Shown: piece after piece, positions 50,403-64,000 of the stretch | Layout of the letters: each line of letters starts with the position of its first letter | Position numbering within the stretch: the first letter of the stretch is position 1 | From: Octopus vulgaris | Lineage: Eukaryota | Direction: 5' to 3' | Assembly (NCBI GenBank): GCA_951406725.2 | Contig: OX597814.1 | Span: 62,310,001 to 62,374,000, forward strand | Length of the DNA: 64,000 nucleotides | The notes under the pieces: model-generated | The model's input: only the letters and a program-made list of their open reading frames with translations | What the model was told of the DNA's origin: nothing | Databases searched by the model: none | Program-made: the position numbers and the translations under genes

Positions 50403-51036
50403 AAAGTGCTTGCAGTTTAATATCTTACGTAACGACTTTCTACAATCTACAATCATGATATTTTGATCTGTAAAAGATTAAGACAGAATTATTAATGTTA
50501 ACAAGCAGCTGGGTCCTTTGATTTTACAAACATTGGTTACAATTTCAAAATTTGTTTGTTGTTGTAGAGATAGCCATGCATTTGTGATGAATTGTTAAAC
50601 TGGTTATAATGCTCTAATGATGTAAATATATGTAAGAGTGTGAATGATAAAGTAGCAGATAAACAGCTGAGACATATCTTGGGGTATATTTGTGTTCAAG
50701 ATTGTTAATTCTCAACAGCTGAGCCCATCTAAATCTTAGTTGATTGTTGTTATTTAGCCCCAGGTTAAACTTGATTGCGTAGATATATAATCAAAAGCTA
50801 AAACCAGTCTGTCTGTATGAGGTCATGTAAAACTATATTTCCTAATGTATCCTTTTGTTATTTAAGATGTTAGGGTGTGATTTGAGGGGGATTGGTGGAC
50901 TATTTCTAGCAGTTGAATGATATTGAGGCTCTTTTATTGGCTTGATCTTTTATCATTCTGTCAAAATACAATGTCTTTGTTTCAACAAATTTTGAAAATA
51001 ATGTAGTAGTAAAATGACTCATTATTAAGATATCTT

Positions 51037-51250
51037 TAAGGCAGTGAGCTGGCAGAATTGTTGGCATGCCAGGTGAAATACTTAGCAGTATTTCCTTTGT
51101 CTTTATGTTCTAAGTTCAAATATCGATGGGGTTGACCTTTCCTTTCATCTTTTCGGGGTCAACAAAATAAGTACCAGTTGAGTACTGGGGTTGATGTAAT
51201 CAACTATTTCCCTCATCGAAATTTCGGGCCTTGTGTGTATAGTAGAAAGG
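51037..51250 (+). mobile_element. SINE family B with 16-bp TSD
   Basis: attattaagatatctt at 51021-51036 and 51251-51266. Confidence 0.88.
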
Positions 51251-51442
51251 ATTATTAAGATATCTTGAACATAAAAGAGCATGACATTTTGGTGGAAGGT
51301 TGTACTTTAGGTCATTTGAAAATAAAAAATTTGTGTTATAGATCCAGAGGTGGTGTTGGGTGGCTTGGTATGAAAAGAGTCAAGTAGGTGGTGAAGTATA
51401 CAACTGCTTGTGACAGCATACTTCACTGCTACGAATATTTAT

Positions 51443-51653
51443 TGGCTTCAAATTTTGGCACAAGGGCAGCAACTTATGGGGTGGGAGAAAGTTAATTACA
51501 TCAATCCCAGTGTTCAATAGGTACTTATTTTATTGACCCAGAAAGATGAAAGGCAAAGTTGACCTTGGTGGAATGTGAACTCAGAACATAATGGCAGATA
51601 AAATGCCGCTAACCATTTTGCCCGGAGTGCTAACAATTCTGTCTCTCGCCACC
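51443..51653 (-). mobile_element. SINE family B
   Basis: Reverse complement of the family B head and core. Confidence 0.82.
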
Positions 51654-51877
51654 AAAATAGTAGATATATTAGTTGACTGGTGAATTCAATTAATCCTACT
51701 GGTTGAATATACATCTTGTAGAGCTTCCACTGACTGAGTTGATAAGATATAACTTTAATATTATGGGGTTAGCATTTATGCATTGAGTTATTGAAGATGA
51801 ATGAATTTATGCATTGAGTTAGTGAAGATGAATGAATAAATGCTTGAATGAACTTAATATTAATTGTTTCTTTATAG

Positions 51878-51965
51878 GTACATAGATATTGCAAAGCAAT
51901 TGTGCATTCCATGTCGCTGTTTTCATTTCGATGTGTCTCTTAACCATGCCCGACACAATGAAAAG
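51878..51965 (+). CDS. PNKP: PNKP exon, 88 nt (YIDIAKQLCIPCRCFHFDVSLNHARHNEK)
   Basis: tttatag acceptor, gtaagg donor; PCRCF and ARHN motifs. Confidence 0.95.
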
Positions 51966-53453
51966 GTAAGGAGAATATTTAATGAAAAATTTCATGGATG
52001 AATAAGGTTACTGCTATAATTCAAATTTTCACTTATGTCATAAAAGCTAGGAAGATGAATGAAAGATAGTAGCATCATGGAAACTTACTGTGCTATGCAT
52101 TATTAGCTGAAGTGGAGACTTTTATAGCAAGTGTGTGTATAATTAGTATGCATGTATTTCATTGTTGTTTATATGTTCATTTTCCATGCTGATATGGGTT
52201 GGATGAGGCTTTTTCTTAAGGCAGTTTTTTGTGGTTGGATGTCCTTCCTCCTGCCACCTCATTTATTGTCTCTTATAACACATAGAGATATAGCATCCCT
52301 ATTCTAAAAACTAGGGCAGATATGGAAATCTATATTTTTTCAGTGATTTTTCTCACTGAATTGTGGCCATGCTGGGGCATTAACCTTATGAGTATTTTGA
52401 TCCTATTGATCCTATTTTTTATTTAATCAAAATCCTAAATTGTTTTTTGACACTTCATCCGTTTTACACCAGTAAACATAAACATAGACATATATACCCA
52501 CTCTCACACACACACACACACACACACACATGTGAATATGTATGAGATGGGTTTTTGCACAGTTCCTGTGTATCCACTCAGAAGGTAGTGGTCATTGATA
52601 GACCTCAGCTGGCGCTAGAAAACTCTTGTCTAAGATACAGTAGGATCTATCCAGGAACTTTGTAGTTATGATGCAAATTTTATAACCGCATAGTTTTCTT
52701 TACACCTCAGGCATGACTTGTATGATCGAAAAGTCAGCTTCCCAACCACATGATTTCAGGTTCAGCCCTACTGTGTGAGCCAACCAAATCTTTGTGAGTG
52801 GATTTGGTTGGTGAAGACTGAAAGAAGCCTGTGAAGTCATCTTTCCCTTGTCTTTACATTTGTTTATTGGTTGTAGACACTTACTTCATTGATGGTGTCA
52901 GACCTCATCATTTGCTTGCAATTCTTCATGGAAACATGTTCAGGCTTCTTGTCATGTCTTCTTGACATGCACAGTCTTTGTAAACAAAAGGCTCATTCAT
53001 ATGGTGTGATTTGTTCCCAGCTCTATATAAACATGTCTGGGCTGTTTGTTGTTTGACAGACTAAGAAATTATTATGTTGCTTGGAAACAGATGGGTTTGG
53101 TACAACAAAGGGCATCTGGCTTTAGGAAATCTTTGCTCTATTGTACTTATGTCTGGCCCTTGCAAGCATGGAAAAGTAGATGTTAAATACAATAACGATG
53201 TTATGTGTGTGTGTTTACATCTGTAGTCTATGAAAGTCACTAAGAGGAGTAGTATTGTCACTTCTGTCAACAAATTGTCTATATATTTTGCACTTTTGAA
53301 AATGAGTGAAATAAGAGATCCCTAATTTGAAAAACAGGTAAAGGTTAATGATAGGAATGACATCCAACTGTAAAACAATGCTTCATAATGTATTCCTCTA
53401 ACTCATAATTGCATGGAAAAATGAAAAATGGACATAAAATGAAAGAACAAATG

Positions 53454-53505
<52 letters not shown>

Positions 53506-53685
53506 AGAGTGGCTGTTTATTAGGAAGTTTGCTTCCCAACTACATGGTTCTGGGTTCAGTCCCACTGCATGTCACACTGGGTAAGCGTCTTCTATAGCCT
53601 CAGGCCAGCCAAAGTCTTGTGAGTGGATTTGGTAGATGTAAACTGAAAAGAAGCCCATTGTATACATACATACATACATACATAC

Positions 53686-53731
<46 letters not shown>

Positions 53732-53994
53732 TTGTTTGTGTTGTCTCCCCCCAATCACCACTTGACAACCAGTGTTAGTGTGTTTACATCCCCTTAACTT
53801 ATCATATTCCATATATTTTGCATCAGACCGTGACCTAGTTTTGGCCCACTTCTTTGTTATTCAGTTTTTCAGACTGAAAAATTTGTTAACACTAAATTAG
53901 CTTTGGTGGGATTTGAACTCAGAGCAAGCTGTTCAGTGATACAGTCTATCAAGATATCAACAAATAAAACATTTCTCTTAACAATTTATAGAAA

Positions 53995-54320
53995 GATCCC
54001 CTTTGGTCATCAATGACCATGGGATTGCACCTAGAAAATTACCCTCTGAGGCACAAGTCTGGGCAAGGTTGTTTATGGAAGACCAACAGTCGCCCATGCA
54101 TACTAGTCTCTCCTCTCCATGACACTGATGTTATCCAAGGGAAAGGCAAAGGCTGATCCAGCTTGGCACCAGTGATATCGCAACTCATTTCTAAAACTGA
54201 ATGAACTGGAGCAACATGAAATAAAGTATCTTGCTCAAGAACACAAAACACAGTCTAGTCTAGGAATTGAACACACTACCTCATGGATGTGAGCTCAACA
54301 CTCTAACCACTGGCCCATGC
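53995..54320 (-). mobile_element. tRNA-derived SINE, family D
   Basis: Reverse complement of 61869-62205. Confidence 0.82.
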
Positions 54321-55759
54321 AGAAATATATTAAAATTTAAACAAAAGAGCAAAATTATTCAATCAATGTTAGAATTAGAATTAAAATATTTGCTGTAGGA
54401 TTATTACAAAAAATAAAGTAAATAAAAATAAAAATATATTTAATTATGGAATCATGGAATTATCTCACCTGTAAAGATGATTTTTGCTTTGCTTATGGTT
54501 TGAGACAAAATCAGATATCAGAAGTAAAAATTGAAGAGTAAGACCTTAGATAGAAAATGATAAATGTATTTTTTTCATGTCACATTTTCTGTAGGCAAAA
54601 ATTGTCTTAAGGTTTTCTGTAAATAAAACGACAGTTTTGATTAATAGAAACAGATCAAAATCAATACCTTGCATTTCAAATGAGGCTGGGTGTACAGGAG
54701 TAGAGTGTAGACTAAAGAAGATCTACACCATATGCTCGTTAATTACTTCAAAGAAATTGCCATGCATTTGTGTTATGAGTTCAGCTTTATATTTTATAAC
54801 CAGAGTTGTGTATATTATGTATGATTGAGATGAGTGGAGACTAACATCGAGTACAGGGGCATTAAGTAGAAATATTAGTTTTTATTTTTTCTTATGGCAT
54901 AGCAACATTCAATCTCAACTGTTTATTTCACCAGCCTGATCTTTACTGATCCTAGCCATCTCTATTTCAACTCTAGTGGCCATTTTGTTCTTCTCACCCA
55001 CCCATCTCCATGTATCAATCTATGCCTCACCCAATCTGTACCTGTTACACCTCAACCACTCCTCCCTCACCTCTGACTACAGTACTACTGCTCAGCTGCT
55101 GTAATTATATGAGAGTGACTGCTCATATTCCTTCCCCTTTTTTTGTGCTACCAGTAATCCCATTGCCTGGAACTACTCTCCTTGTCAGCCATCCCACACT
55201 CCCAATGTCATCCCTTACCACTATGTGTCCACCGAATACGCATTTCACCTGAACACTCTTGTCATTTATCTGATCCTCACTACTGCTAATGAGACTAAGA
55301 TGTTTACTAGCAATGAAATCATGAGATATATATATATATATATATATATGTTGGAGCTGGAAATGGTCCTTTGGCTCATCACCAGAGTGGAAGGCAGACA
55401 GTAAATGATGCTGATGCAGTTTCGTATAAGTTCATTTGATATTGAATATCAGCTAAATTGATGGTTGTTGTCATGTTGTATTGTACAGATCAAAAGGTTG
55501 CACTGCTGTCCTTTAATAGCTTTGAACAGCTTGTGTGCAATGCTACCATAATTAGCATAACAATGACATCACTGTTGTATCATTCTTTTTAAAGTGGAAT
55601 CTGTTGCTATTCCTTGACATAAGCAACCCTCACTAGTTGTTATTGGTCAATGTTATCAGCAATCTAAGTAGCTCTTTCATTTATCAATGATACTACAGTT
55701 ATCATCCGAAAGAATAACAAGATCTTGAGATGTTGTATATAGTAATAACTACAGCAGCA

Positions 55760-55971
55760 AAGGCGACGAGCTGGCAGAATCGTTAGCATATTGGGCAAAA
55801 TGCTTAGTGGCATTTCATCTGTCTTTATGTTTCTTGAGTTCAAATTCTGCTGAGATTGCTTTGCCTTTCATTCTTTTGGGGGTCGATAAAATAAGTACCA
55901 GCTGAGTATTGGGGCCAGTGTAATTGACCCTCACCCTCGAAATTGCTGGCTTTGTGCCAAAATTTGAAGCC
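55760..55971 (+). mobile_element. SINE family B with 16-bp TSD (1 mismatch)
   Basis: aataactaca(g/a)cagca on both sides. Confidence 0.88.
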
Positions 55972-57352
55972 AATAACTACAACAGCAGCTGGTTGTATGT
56001 CCTTACCAGAGTATAACAAGAATGAAATGTTCTTCTCTTATCTATTATAATTTACTTATTGTTAAGGTTTGTAAGAAGTGTTAGGTGTCTCTTTATAGTT
56101 TAACAATAAAAAATCCTGTAATGTTTCAGTCTTGGCAATATTTACTTCAAAATGTTTTTCAGTGTCTCTGACAAACTTCACTTTAACAATAACATTAACA
56201 ACAACAAGCAAATGCAGTGCTAGGCAGCAATTGTCCATAACATGGATGTCATCCTAACCCAACAAAATATTAACGATATCAAAATATCCACCTTCTAGTG
56301 GAATTCCTCTATCTATAAGTTCAGTTCAGTAACCACTGTCACTAAAAGTTACTGGAAATATGAGATTTACCATCTTTTAGGTGTGACAGTTTCATTAAAC
56401 AAATAATGAATACCTGTGGATTTTCCACAGGTGACACAATCATTCTTTCTTTATTATTATTTGTGGTACACTGTATTGATAGGTGTTAATTGAATAAAAT
56501 ATGTTTCTCTTTGTTATTTAATAATTAGGAAAAATTGTTGGTACAGGCCATTTTGTAATTCACTGTACCCACCTCTGTATATGCCTGACCTCTGTAATTG
56601 TGCATCTTCTGTCTCTCCTACACTTCACCTCATCCCCACTACCTACCCATCTAGCCACTCCTGATTCTCTGTTCCCTACTCATATTCTCTCTCTACACTT
56701 TGAGGGGATGCCCTGACATCTCATCTTTACCATTTTTTCTCCCATCTTTGCTGGGGTACCCATGTATCTCCTCTATAGCAACACAGCTGTTCCTGTACCC
56801 CTACTTTAGCTTCCCACACCTGCCCTACAATTTCATTCTAAAATAAACAATCACATCATCAAAGTCTCGAAGTTGTAAGATAATGCATGATTAATTCAAA
56901 ACAATGTAAATAAATAAATAAATGAATAAATATTACATTTGACAGAGTAATCTGAATACTAAAAGGTTGATCAACAGTACTACCATACTCACTGAATTAT
57001 GGTGTAAGGGGTTGGGTATTCAACAGACACACATCTTCTTAAGATAAGAAGAAAAAGGATAAAGATCCTTCCCAAGTCATATAGACTCATAAGGCCAGTT
57101 TCCCAGTCTCTGCAGTGTATATATTCCCCACTGGATGGGATGCCAATCCATCACAGGATTACTCATTTTAGTCAGCTGTGTGAACTGGAGCAACTGGAAA
57201 TGAAGTGTTTTGCTCAAGAACACAACATATTGCATGATCCAGGAATTGAAACCACAATCTTACAATCATGAGTCAAACATCTCTAACCAATAAGCAATGC
57301 ATTGCCACATTCTTATGATAGACCCCAGGCAGAATCAGCATGATACTACATG

Positions 57353-57793
57353 CAGGGTGGTCCTGAAATAACTGAACCCTAATTATTGTTAAAAGTTACA
57401 AATAAATGAAACAGAAATTTTTATTTCAGCGGTGGTGCCCCAGCATGGCCGTGGCCTTCGGGCCAAAACATTTTTAAGGATTTAAGGTTACAGCATATGT
57501 TCAAAATGTAAACCATTATTTGCAATACAGTTATGGCATTGTTCAATGGTTGAATCAGTTACTCTGGCGTAATATCTTGGCGTGCATTTAAGAAGTTTTG
57601 TTTCAGATCATTGACAGTTTTTGGTTTAGCATTGAACACCTGATTTTTGAATACTCTCCAGAGAAAGAAGTCCAGAGGACTGAGGTTTGGACTTTGCAGG
57701 CCATTTCACAGGTCCGTGGGTGAACAATTAACAATTAGCAATTAGCAATATTCAGTAAATTCAGTAGGGTTCGGTTACTTCTGGGCCACCCTG
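57353..57793 (-). mobile_element. Internally deleted Tc1/mariner-superfamily element
   Basis: Imperfect 29-bp TIRs starting cagggtgg; minus-strand remnant LSPLDFFLWRVFKNQVFNAKPKTVNDLK and CIANNGLHFEH. Confidence 0.8.
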
Positions 57794-58021
57794 TATGTCA
57801 AGGATGGCTCTTTTAATTACTGACACAGTCTATGTAGTGGTTTTCCGTCAACCCATTTTCCACTTGAGGTTTGTATTGATCCAAGGTGCCTTGCAATGAA
57901 ATCAAAGCTCGGATCACCTGACTGTAAAAGCAAACTTCATAAACCTTTTAGCCATGCAAATGCACATACATCCGTACGGATAATATATTTTTTAACATAT
58001 TTATATTTTTAATACTTTCAG

Positions 58022-58080
58022 TATCGTGTGATGATTTCTAAAAGCAAACCAATTCCTGATATGGTAATGCATTCATATAG
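58022..58080 (+). CDS. PNKP: PNKP exon, 59 nt (YRVMISKSKPIPDMVMHSYR)
   Basis: ctttcag acceptor, gtaagt donor; DMVM..YR motif; phase 0-2. Confidence 0.9.
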
Positions 58081-58249
58081 GTAAGTTATATTTTCAAGAT
58101 TATCAGATCATCATGGTTTGGCCATCACCATCGCTTGCCATGAACACTACCACCATCACTGTCACCACCACTACCACTGTCACTGCTGCTGCCGCCACCA
58201 CCACCATCTTTTTTCTTGTTTATTTGTTCTCTTTCTCTCTCTTTTATGC

Positions 58250-58634
58250 TTTTACTTGTTTCAGTCATTTGACTGCGGCCATGCTGGAGCACTGCCTTTA
58301 GTCGAGCAAATCGACCCCGGGACTTATTCTTTGTAAGCCCAGTACTTATTTTATCGGTCTCTTTTGCCGAACCGCTAAGTGACGGGGACGTAAACACACC
58401 AGCATCGGTTGTCAAGCAATGCTAGGGGGACAAACACAGACATACAAACACACACACATATATATATACATATATACGACAGGCTTCTTTCAGTTTCCGG
58501 CTACCAAATCCACTCACAAGGCATTGGTCGGCCTGGGGCTATAGCAGAAGACATTTGCCCAAGATGCCACGCAGTGGGACTGAACCCAGAACCATGTGGT
58601 TGGTTAGCAAGCTACTTACCACACAGCCACTCCT
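58250..58634 (-). mobile_element. tRNA-like SINE, family A (well preserved)
   Basis: Minus-strand head gtggctgtgtggtaag...gggttcagtccc (A/B-box-like), internal CA/TA repeat; many copies in the window. Confidence 0.85.
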
Positions 58635-58937
58635 CTTTTTCTTCATTAATTCTTTTCATTCCTCTTGCTCTTTTATTTTCCTTGTTCTCTTTTTTTCTGC
58701 TTTCTTTTCCATCTCTCGTCTCATCAGCTTCCCTTCCTATCTTCTTCCACTCCTCTTCTCCATCATCCATTTTTCTGTCTCTTCTTCCTTTCTTGCCATC
58801 TCTTGTCTTTCTTTTTTTTCTTCATCTGTCTCCCCCTTTTTTTTTTCATCTTTCATGTGTTCCTTTCTTTGTTTCGTTTTTCCTTCCTTGTTCCTTATTT
58901 CTTTCTTTTGAACTTTTTTCTTTTATATTTCTTTTAG

Positions 58938-59079
58938 GAAACATTTAGAAGTGCCTACAATCAGTGAAGGTTTTGCTGAAATATTGAGCATCAACTTTGT
59001 GCCCAAATTCAGCTCACCAATGCATGAGAAACTTTACAATTCATTTCTCCTTGACCGATATTTTGAAGAGAAGAACTAA
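58938..59079 (+). CDS. PNKP: PNKP last coding exon (KHLEVPTISEGFAEILSINFVPKF...EKN*)
   Basis: Long pyrimidine tract, cttttag acceptor; E.PT..EGF..I motif; TAA at 59077-59079. Confidence 0.93.
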
Positions 59080-59097
59080 GAAATTTTAAGACATACA

Positions 59098-59143
<46 letters not shown>

Positions 59144-59266
59144 AGAAAGTGAGCGAGCGGTCATGAATGTCTGCCAATCTCTTGTGAATAATCATTATAA
59201 TTTTCCATTTCAGTAGTTTATCATCATTACCACATTTTCATCATCATCATCATTATAATAATAATA

Positions 59267-59309
<43 letters not shown>

Positions 59310-59627
59310 CAGTGAGCTGGCAGAATCATTAACATGCTGTCTTTATGTTTTGTGTTCAGATTCCAATGAGGTTGCCTTTGACTTTCATCCTTTTCAGGGT
59401 TGATAAAATAAGTACCAGCTGAGTACTGGGGACCAATGTAATCAACTTATCCCCTCCCCTGAAATTACTGGCTTTGAAGCCATTATTTATGTGCATCACA
59501 ATTTTTTCTTTTTTTATCATCCAGTGAAGATAATTCATAGATACATCTCTCTTCAGTAAATCTAAAACTGACTTATTTTGTTCTTTTTTCTTCTCTTTGT
59601 TTTTATTACAATGTTGATTTAAATAAC

Positions 59628-59633
59628 AATAAA
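59628..59633 (+). promoter_or_regulatory. Candidate PNKP polyadenylation signal AATAAA
   Basis: AATAAA about 550 nt after the stop, followed by T/GT-rich sequence; no transcript evidence. Confidence 0.3.
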
Positions 59634-59900
59634 ACTACTGTACTTTTAAGAATAATTGTACATTTTGATCAATATCATGTGGTGGAGTTTGGTAGGGAAG
59701 GGTGGAAATTGTGTGACAGCCCTGCCCTGTTCACACTGGTGCCACATTAAAAGCACCCAAGACACTGTAAAGTGGTTGGTATCAGGAAAGGCATCCAGCA
59801 GTAGATACCAAGACAGATCAGACTGAAATTTGGTGCAGCTCTACAGCTTGCCAGCCCTGGTCAAACCATCCAACCCATGGAGAATAGATGTTAAAGGATG

Positions 59901-59942
<42 letters not shown>

Positions 59943-60038
59943 TATAAATAAGGATAAGATAGTTAATTTAAAATAAAATAACGATTTTATCAAGTGGCCA
60001 GCATGGAAAAAATAACCTTCAAAGGTAATAATTATTAA

Positions 60039-60148
60039 AATTATAAATTAGGGTATCTACGAGATACCACCATGCTGAAAATAGCAGCCATGATCATGGC
60101 TGCTATTTTCAGTATGGTGGTATTTCGTAGAAACCCTAATTTATAATT
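60039..60148. repeat. Loopless palindrome, 55-bp arms, 3 mismatches
   Basis: Centre tga|tca at 60093/60094; the unit 59945-60148 lies between (TA)n tracts. Confidence 0.92.
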
Positions 60149-60277
60149 ATATATATATATATATATAATGTTTGTTTGTTTTCATGGCAATTTGTACATG
60201 ATACCATAGGTTGGATAAATGTTATTAAGACAATTGTTTTGCAGCTGGATGGTCTTTCCTGAAGCTAGCCTCATGTA

Positions 60278-60293
60278 TTTATATATAAAACTG

Positions 60294-60337
<44 letters not shown>

Positions 60338-61015
60338 CCTTATGCATTCGAAAACTAAGCTGCTGATTTTGATGTATGAGGTACCAAAATTCTGTAGTCT
60401 TTCAGCTACCAAATGAAGTATGTTATTTGCACAACTCTTTTTTACTACAAGAATAATCCCGAAAATGAGGTCGGGTCGAATACTTGAGAGGTCATTTTCG
60501 AGCAATATTTGGATTTGCTTCTAACCTATGTTGTCAATTTTAATGTTTTTGGTGTCAAAATAACAAGGAGTGTTATGAGTGCATTTGTGATGCACAGAAT
60601 CCTATTTGTCAATGGAAAGTGACCAAAAGACATGCTTCTTTGAAACAATTATTGGTACATTTTCTGTCAATAATGGCCTTTTATGCCAAAACTAAACTGC
60701 CAGTGTGAATGTCTTCAGGATTTCATGATTAAACAATGTCTTTGAAGTATTATGATACCATTTCTTTGCACAAAGCCATATTTTTCAACAGAAAATTGAC
60801 TAATGAACTGTGTTTTTGGCATAATTGTAACTGCTTCTGGCATTACTACTGAAAACAATTTGCCCATGTAGATTTTCTTGGTAATAAATGACTCAGGAAT
60901 ACCAAAAGAGCGTTCTCAGATGCAAATTCAGTAAAATTTACCTAAGGATTAAGCACAGTAAGAGCCTATTTTCATTGAAGTGTGGTAAAGACATGAAGCA
61001 ATGACTAAAACCTTT
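60278..61015 (+). mobile_element. Probable 5' part of a Helitron-like non-autonomous element
   Basis: tatatataaaactgag-(TG)n-ttccttatgcattc start mirrors the 29950-30030 terminus; 3' end not located. Confidence 0.4.
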
Positions 61016-61019
61016 CGAG

Positions 61020-61832
61020 CCTTTCATGATGAACAATTCCCTTGTAGTCGAAGAAAACGGTCAACAGTGTCTTCACAGTGCTTCGAATCATCCGTGCTTT
61101 CTTCGGGCTCGGAGAGGCTGAGGTCTTCCACTGTGAAGACTAAGCATTTGTTTCGTTTATAGCCATTAGACCCAGTATTCATCACCCGTTATGACCATTT
61201 TCAAAGAGGTTTTCATCGTTCACGACACAATCAAAATCTTGTGCAACTGAAACCCCGAGTGTCTTTTTGGTCAGCTGAAAGCAGTTTTGGTATAAATTTG
61301 GCAGACACGCGTCATGTACCCAAATCTTCAATGATAATGAACTGAACAATAACATCCTCTGATAACTCACGGATGGTGATTCGACGATTTCCCCTCACAG
61401 CTGCATGCACATCTGCAATGTTTTTCTCAATTCTGCTGCTTGCGGGTCTCCCAGAACGTTCGTCAATATCGACATTTTTTCAGCCATCTTGGAAATGTCT
61501 GAACCACTCTTACACTTATATGAGGCTCATACACTCCTCTCCATACACTTTCTGCAACTTTGCGTAGGCCTCTGAGGAAGTATTGCCAAGCTTTTGGCAA
61601 AATTTGAAGCAGATTCTCTGCTCAGCTTTCTCTGTCATGGTCAATGCGACGATCACATGCTACACATGTTCCTTCCTAGCACTGCTGTAAATAGCGGAAG
61701 TGAACTAGAACGTTAACACTTAGTGTGTATGCACAGCAGAGTTCAAGGTCAATCTCTGCCTAGCGGCTTTACTCTGCGTACTTTAGCTTCGTTACTATGG
61801 AAACAGTTCGGATACTTATTGACCATACCAAG
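61020..61832 (-). mobile_element. Decayed mariner, 5' half
   Basis: ATG at 61638: MTEKAEQRICFKFC..ERSGRP..AKFIPKLL..ITGDEYW..KTLLTVFFDYKGIVHHE with stops; TIR-like end near 61803-61832. Confidence 0.88.
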
Positions 61833-61868
61833 TATGTATGTGTTTATGGTTACACTGGTAAAAAAAGA

Positions 61869-62205
61869 GGCGCATGGCTCAGTGGTTAGACCGTCGAACT
61901 TACGATCGTGAGTTGTGAGCTCGAATCCCGGACCAGGCTGCATGTTGTGTTCTTGAGCAAAACACTTTATTTCACGTTGCTCCAGTTTACACAGCTGTAG
62001 AAATGAGTTGCGACGTCACAGGTGCCAAGCTGTATCGGCCCCTTTGCCTTTCCCTTGGATAACACTGGTGACGTGAAGAGAGAAGGCCGGTATGCATGGG
62101 CGATTGCTGGTCTTCCATAAACAACGTTGCCCGGACTTGTGCCTGAGAGGGTAACTTTCTAGGTGCAATCCCATGATCTGTGTCGTGACCGAAGGGGGTC
62201 TCAGG
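61869..62205 (+). mobile_element. tRNA-derived SINE, family D
   Basis: A box tggctcagtgg, B-box-like gctcgaatccc, core tgtgttcttgagcaaaacactt. Confidence 0.85.
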
Positions 62206-62428
62206 GTAAAAAAAAAATCCACAAAAAAAACTGGCGTTTTTATGTTGTCTCCCATAACACTGGTGATTCGACAAATAGAGATCAATAAGTATTAGACTGA
62301 AATAAGTACTGGAGTTGACATGAATGACTAAAGTCTTGAAGACAATACCCCAGCATGGTTGGAGTTCATTGAGTGAAACCAATAAAAGAACAATCCCCAT
62401 TTTGTAAAAACTTATTACACACACACAC

Positions 62429-62481
<53 letters not shown>

Positions 62482-64000
62482 CTCTCTCTCTCTCTCTCCC
62501 ATCTCTCCCATCTCTCTCTGACAAACTTTGAGGTGCCCCCTGCTTGGATACAAACCCAAAGGACTCAAATCAGGAAAATACTCTTACTCTATGTTACACA
62601 ATTGTAAATTATCTTGGTGATAATTATATTGATTTCTTTCTATACCTCAGCTCAGCATTTTCTGTATGTATATATATATATATAAACTAGCTTGGATGGT
62701 TTTTAAGCTAGCTTCTGTGGAGGGCACTTCATTGTGCCTTGAGCCCAATAATTACACTTCATGCATTGAGTACATATTAACCTTTTATTAAACTTGAACA
62801 ATATTTTTAAAGCAATGAACAACTTTCGTCAAAACAATGATATAATATGTTGACTTGGAACTTATTGCAAAGGTTCATGATAAACAACACTTTTTGTCTT
62901 CCCATTCGGGGGTCAGTACAATTTTTCTGTTTAACCTCTTTCTTTCTGTTGATTATTTCTAACCATCAGTACCACCACCATTGCCACCATAACTGCCATA
63001 CACACACCATTCAGACTTTTGTCGCCACCACAATCAACACCTTTGACTTCACCACCATCACCACTGTCTTTCACATCCCTTACTATCACCGTCATGCTTT
63101 ACCGCCTCAGCTGCCACCACCACATTCCTCACCCCATAGCCTATATACTACCTCAACTGCTCTCTGAATTCCTCCAAATGCCAACAGTTCTTTATCTCTC
63201 CTGCATCAAGAACATTTATTTCACATCAATTCCTTTCTCTGACACTGATAGTACTAGTCACCATTATCGTCCTTCAACATGCTTAAACAGCCAATCCCAA
63301 CTAGTGGGCTTCACAGTACAGGTTGTATTATTCATCCTTTTGATTGCTAAATACAAAACGTGGCTCATGAGACATCCGTTTAGGTGATTTTCTTGAGTCA
63401 CCATCTCACCCTTGTACGCTGATCTGTCACAAGATTACCCATTTACAGCTGAGTGGACTGTGGTAATGTAAAGTGTTTTACTCAAGAACACATAGTCAAT
63501 GTGGGAATCGAAACCACGATCTCGCAATTGTGAGTGTAACTCCTTAACCAGTGGGCCACGTACCTTCACATAGTACTAGTGCGCCCAACACACAAGGACT
63601 ACAACCTTTGACTTCTTACTGTCAAACTTAGTGTTTGTCAAAGTGTTGTTTCATTACCAACTGGATAACCAAACCACAGCTTTATCAATGTTACTTTTCA
63701 TATAATCACACATTACACAATATTGCTAGTCTGTACTTCAAATCAGCTGATTGATTGGAGTTTCACAGGTTCTTGACAGGACATCTGCTTCAGGACATCT
63801 ACTTCACTTTTGACATATTAGCGACCACTAAATTAGTGGAACCATTCTCTTAGGCATGTCTCTCCACATTCCTTACCACCAAAACATATAACCCCAAATG
63901 CCATAAGCGATTCACACTAGTACAAACGAAAATATGACCTCAAACAACTGAATAAATCATGAACCTCCACAAACTGGACAACTTTTACCATCACGGAAAC

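Overview
Eukaryotic, AT-rich, microsatellite-laden genomic DNA, most likely from an octopus (inferred from the SINE/RTE repeat families, not proven). The window holds the 3' part of a + strand PNKP gene (bifunctional polynucleotide phosphatase/kinase): 9 coding exons from 313 to the stop at 59079, with a 29.9 kb intron. The introns are filled with mobile DNA: a near-intact full-length RTE LINE with a PHD-type finger inside its RT, many truncated RTE copies, three Penelope-like element (PLE) fragments with hammerhead ribozyme motifs, mariner/Tc1 remnants, piggyBac- and hAT-type MITEs, Helitron-like elements and several tRNA-derived SINE families. The main observation is that 17236-30339 is one Helitron-bounded insertion whose empty site survives in an adjacent old tandem duplicate. 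It contains about 13 kb of nested retroelements, including a two-family PLE chimera and a perfect hairpin with a hammerhead motif on each strand. Most ORFs in the supplied track are microsatellite artefacts. All alignments were done by eye, so repeat boundaries are approximate.
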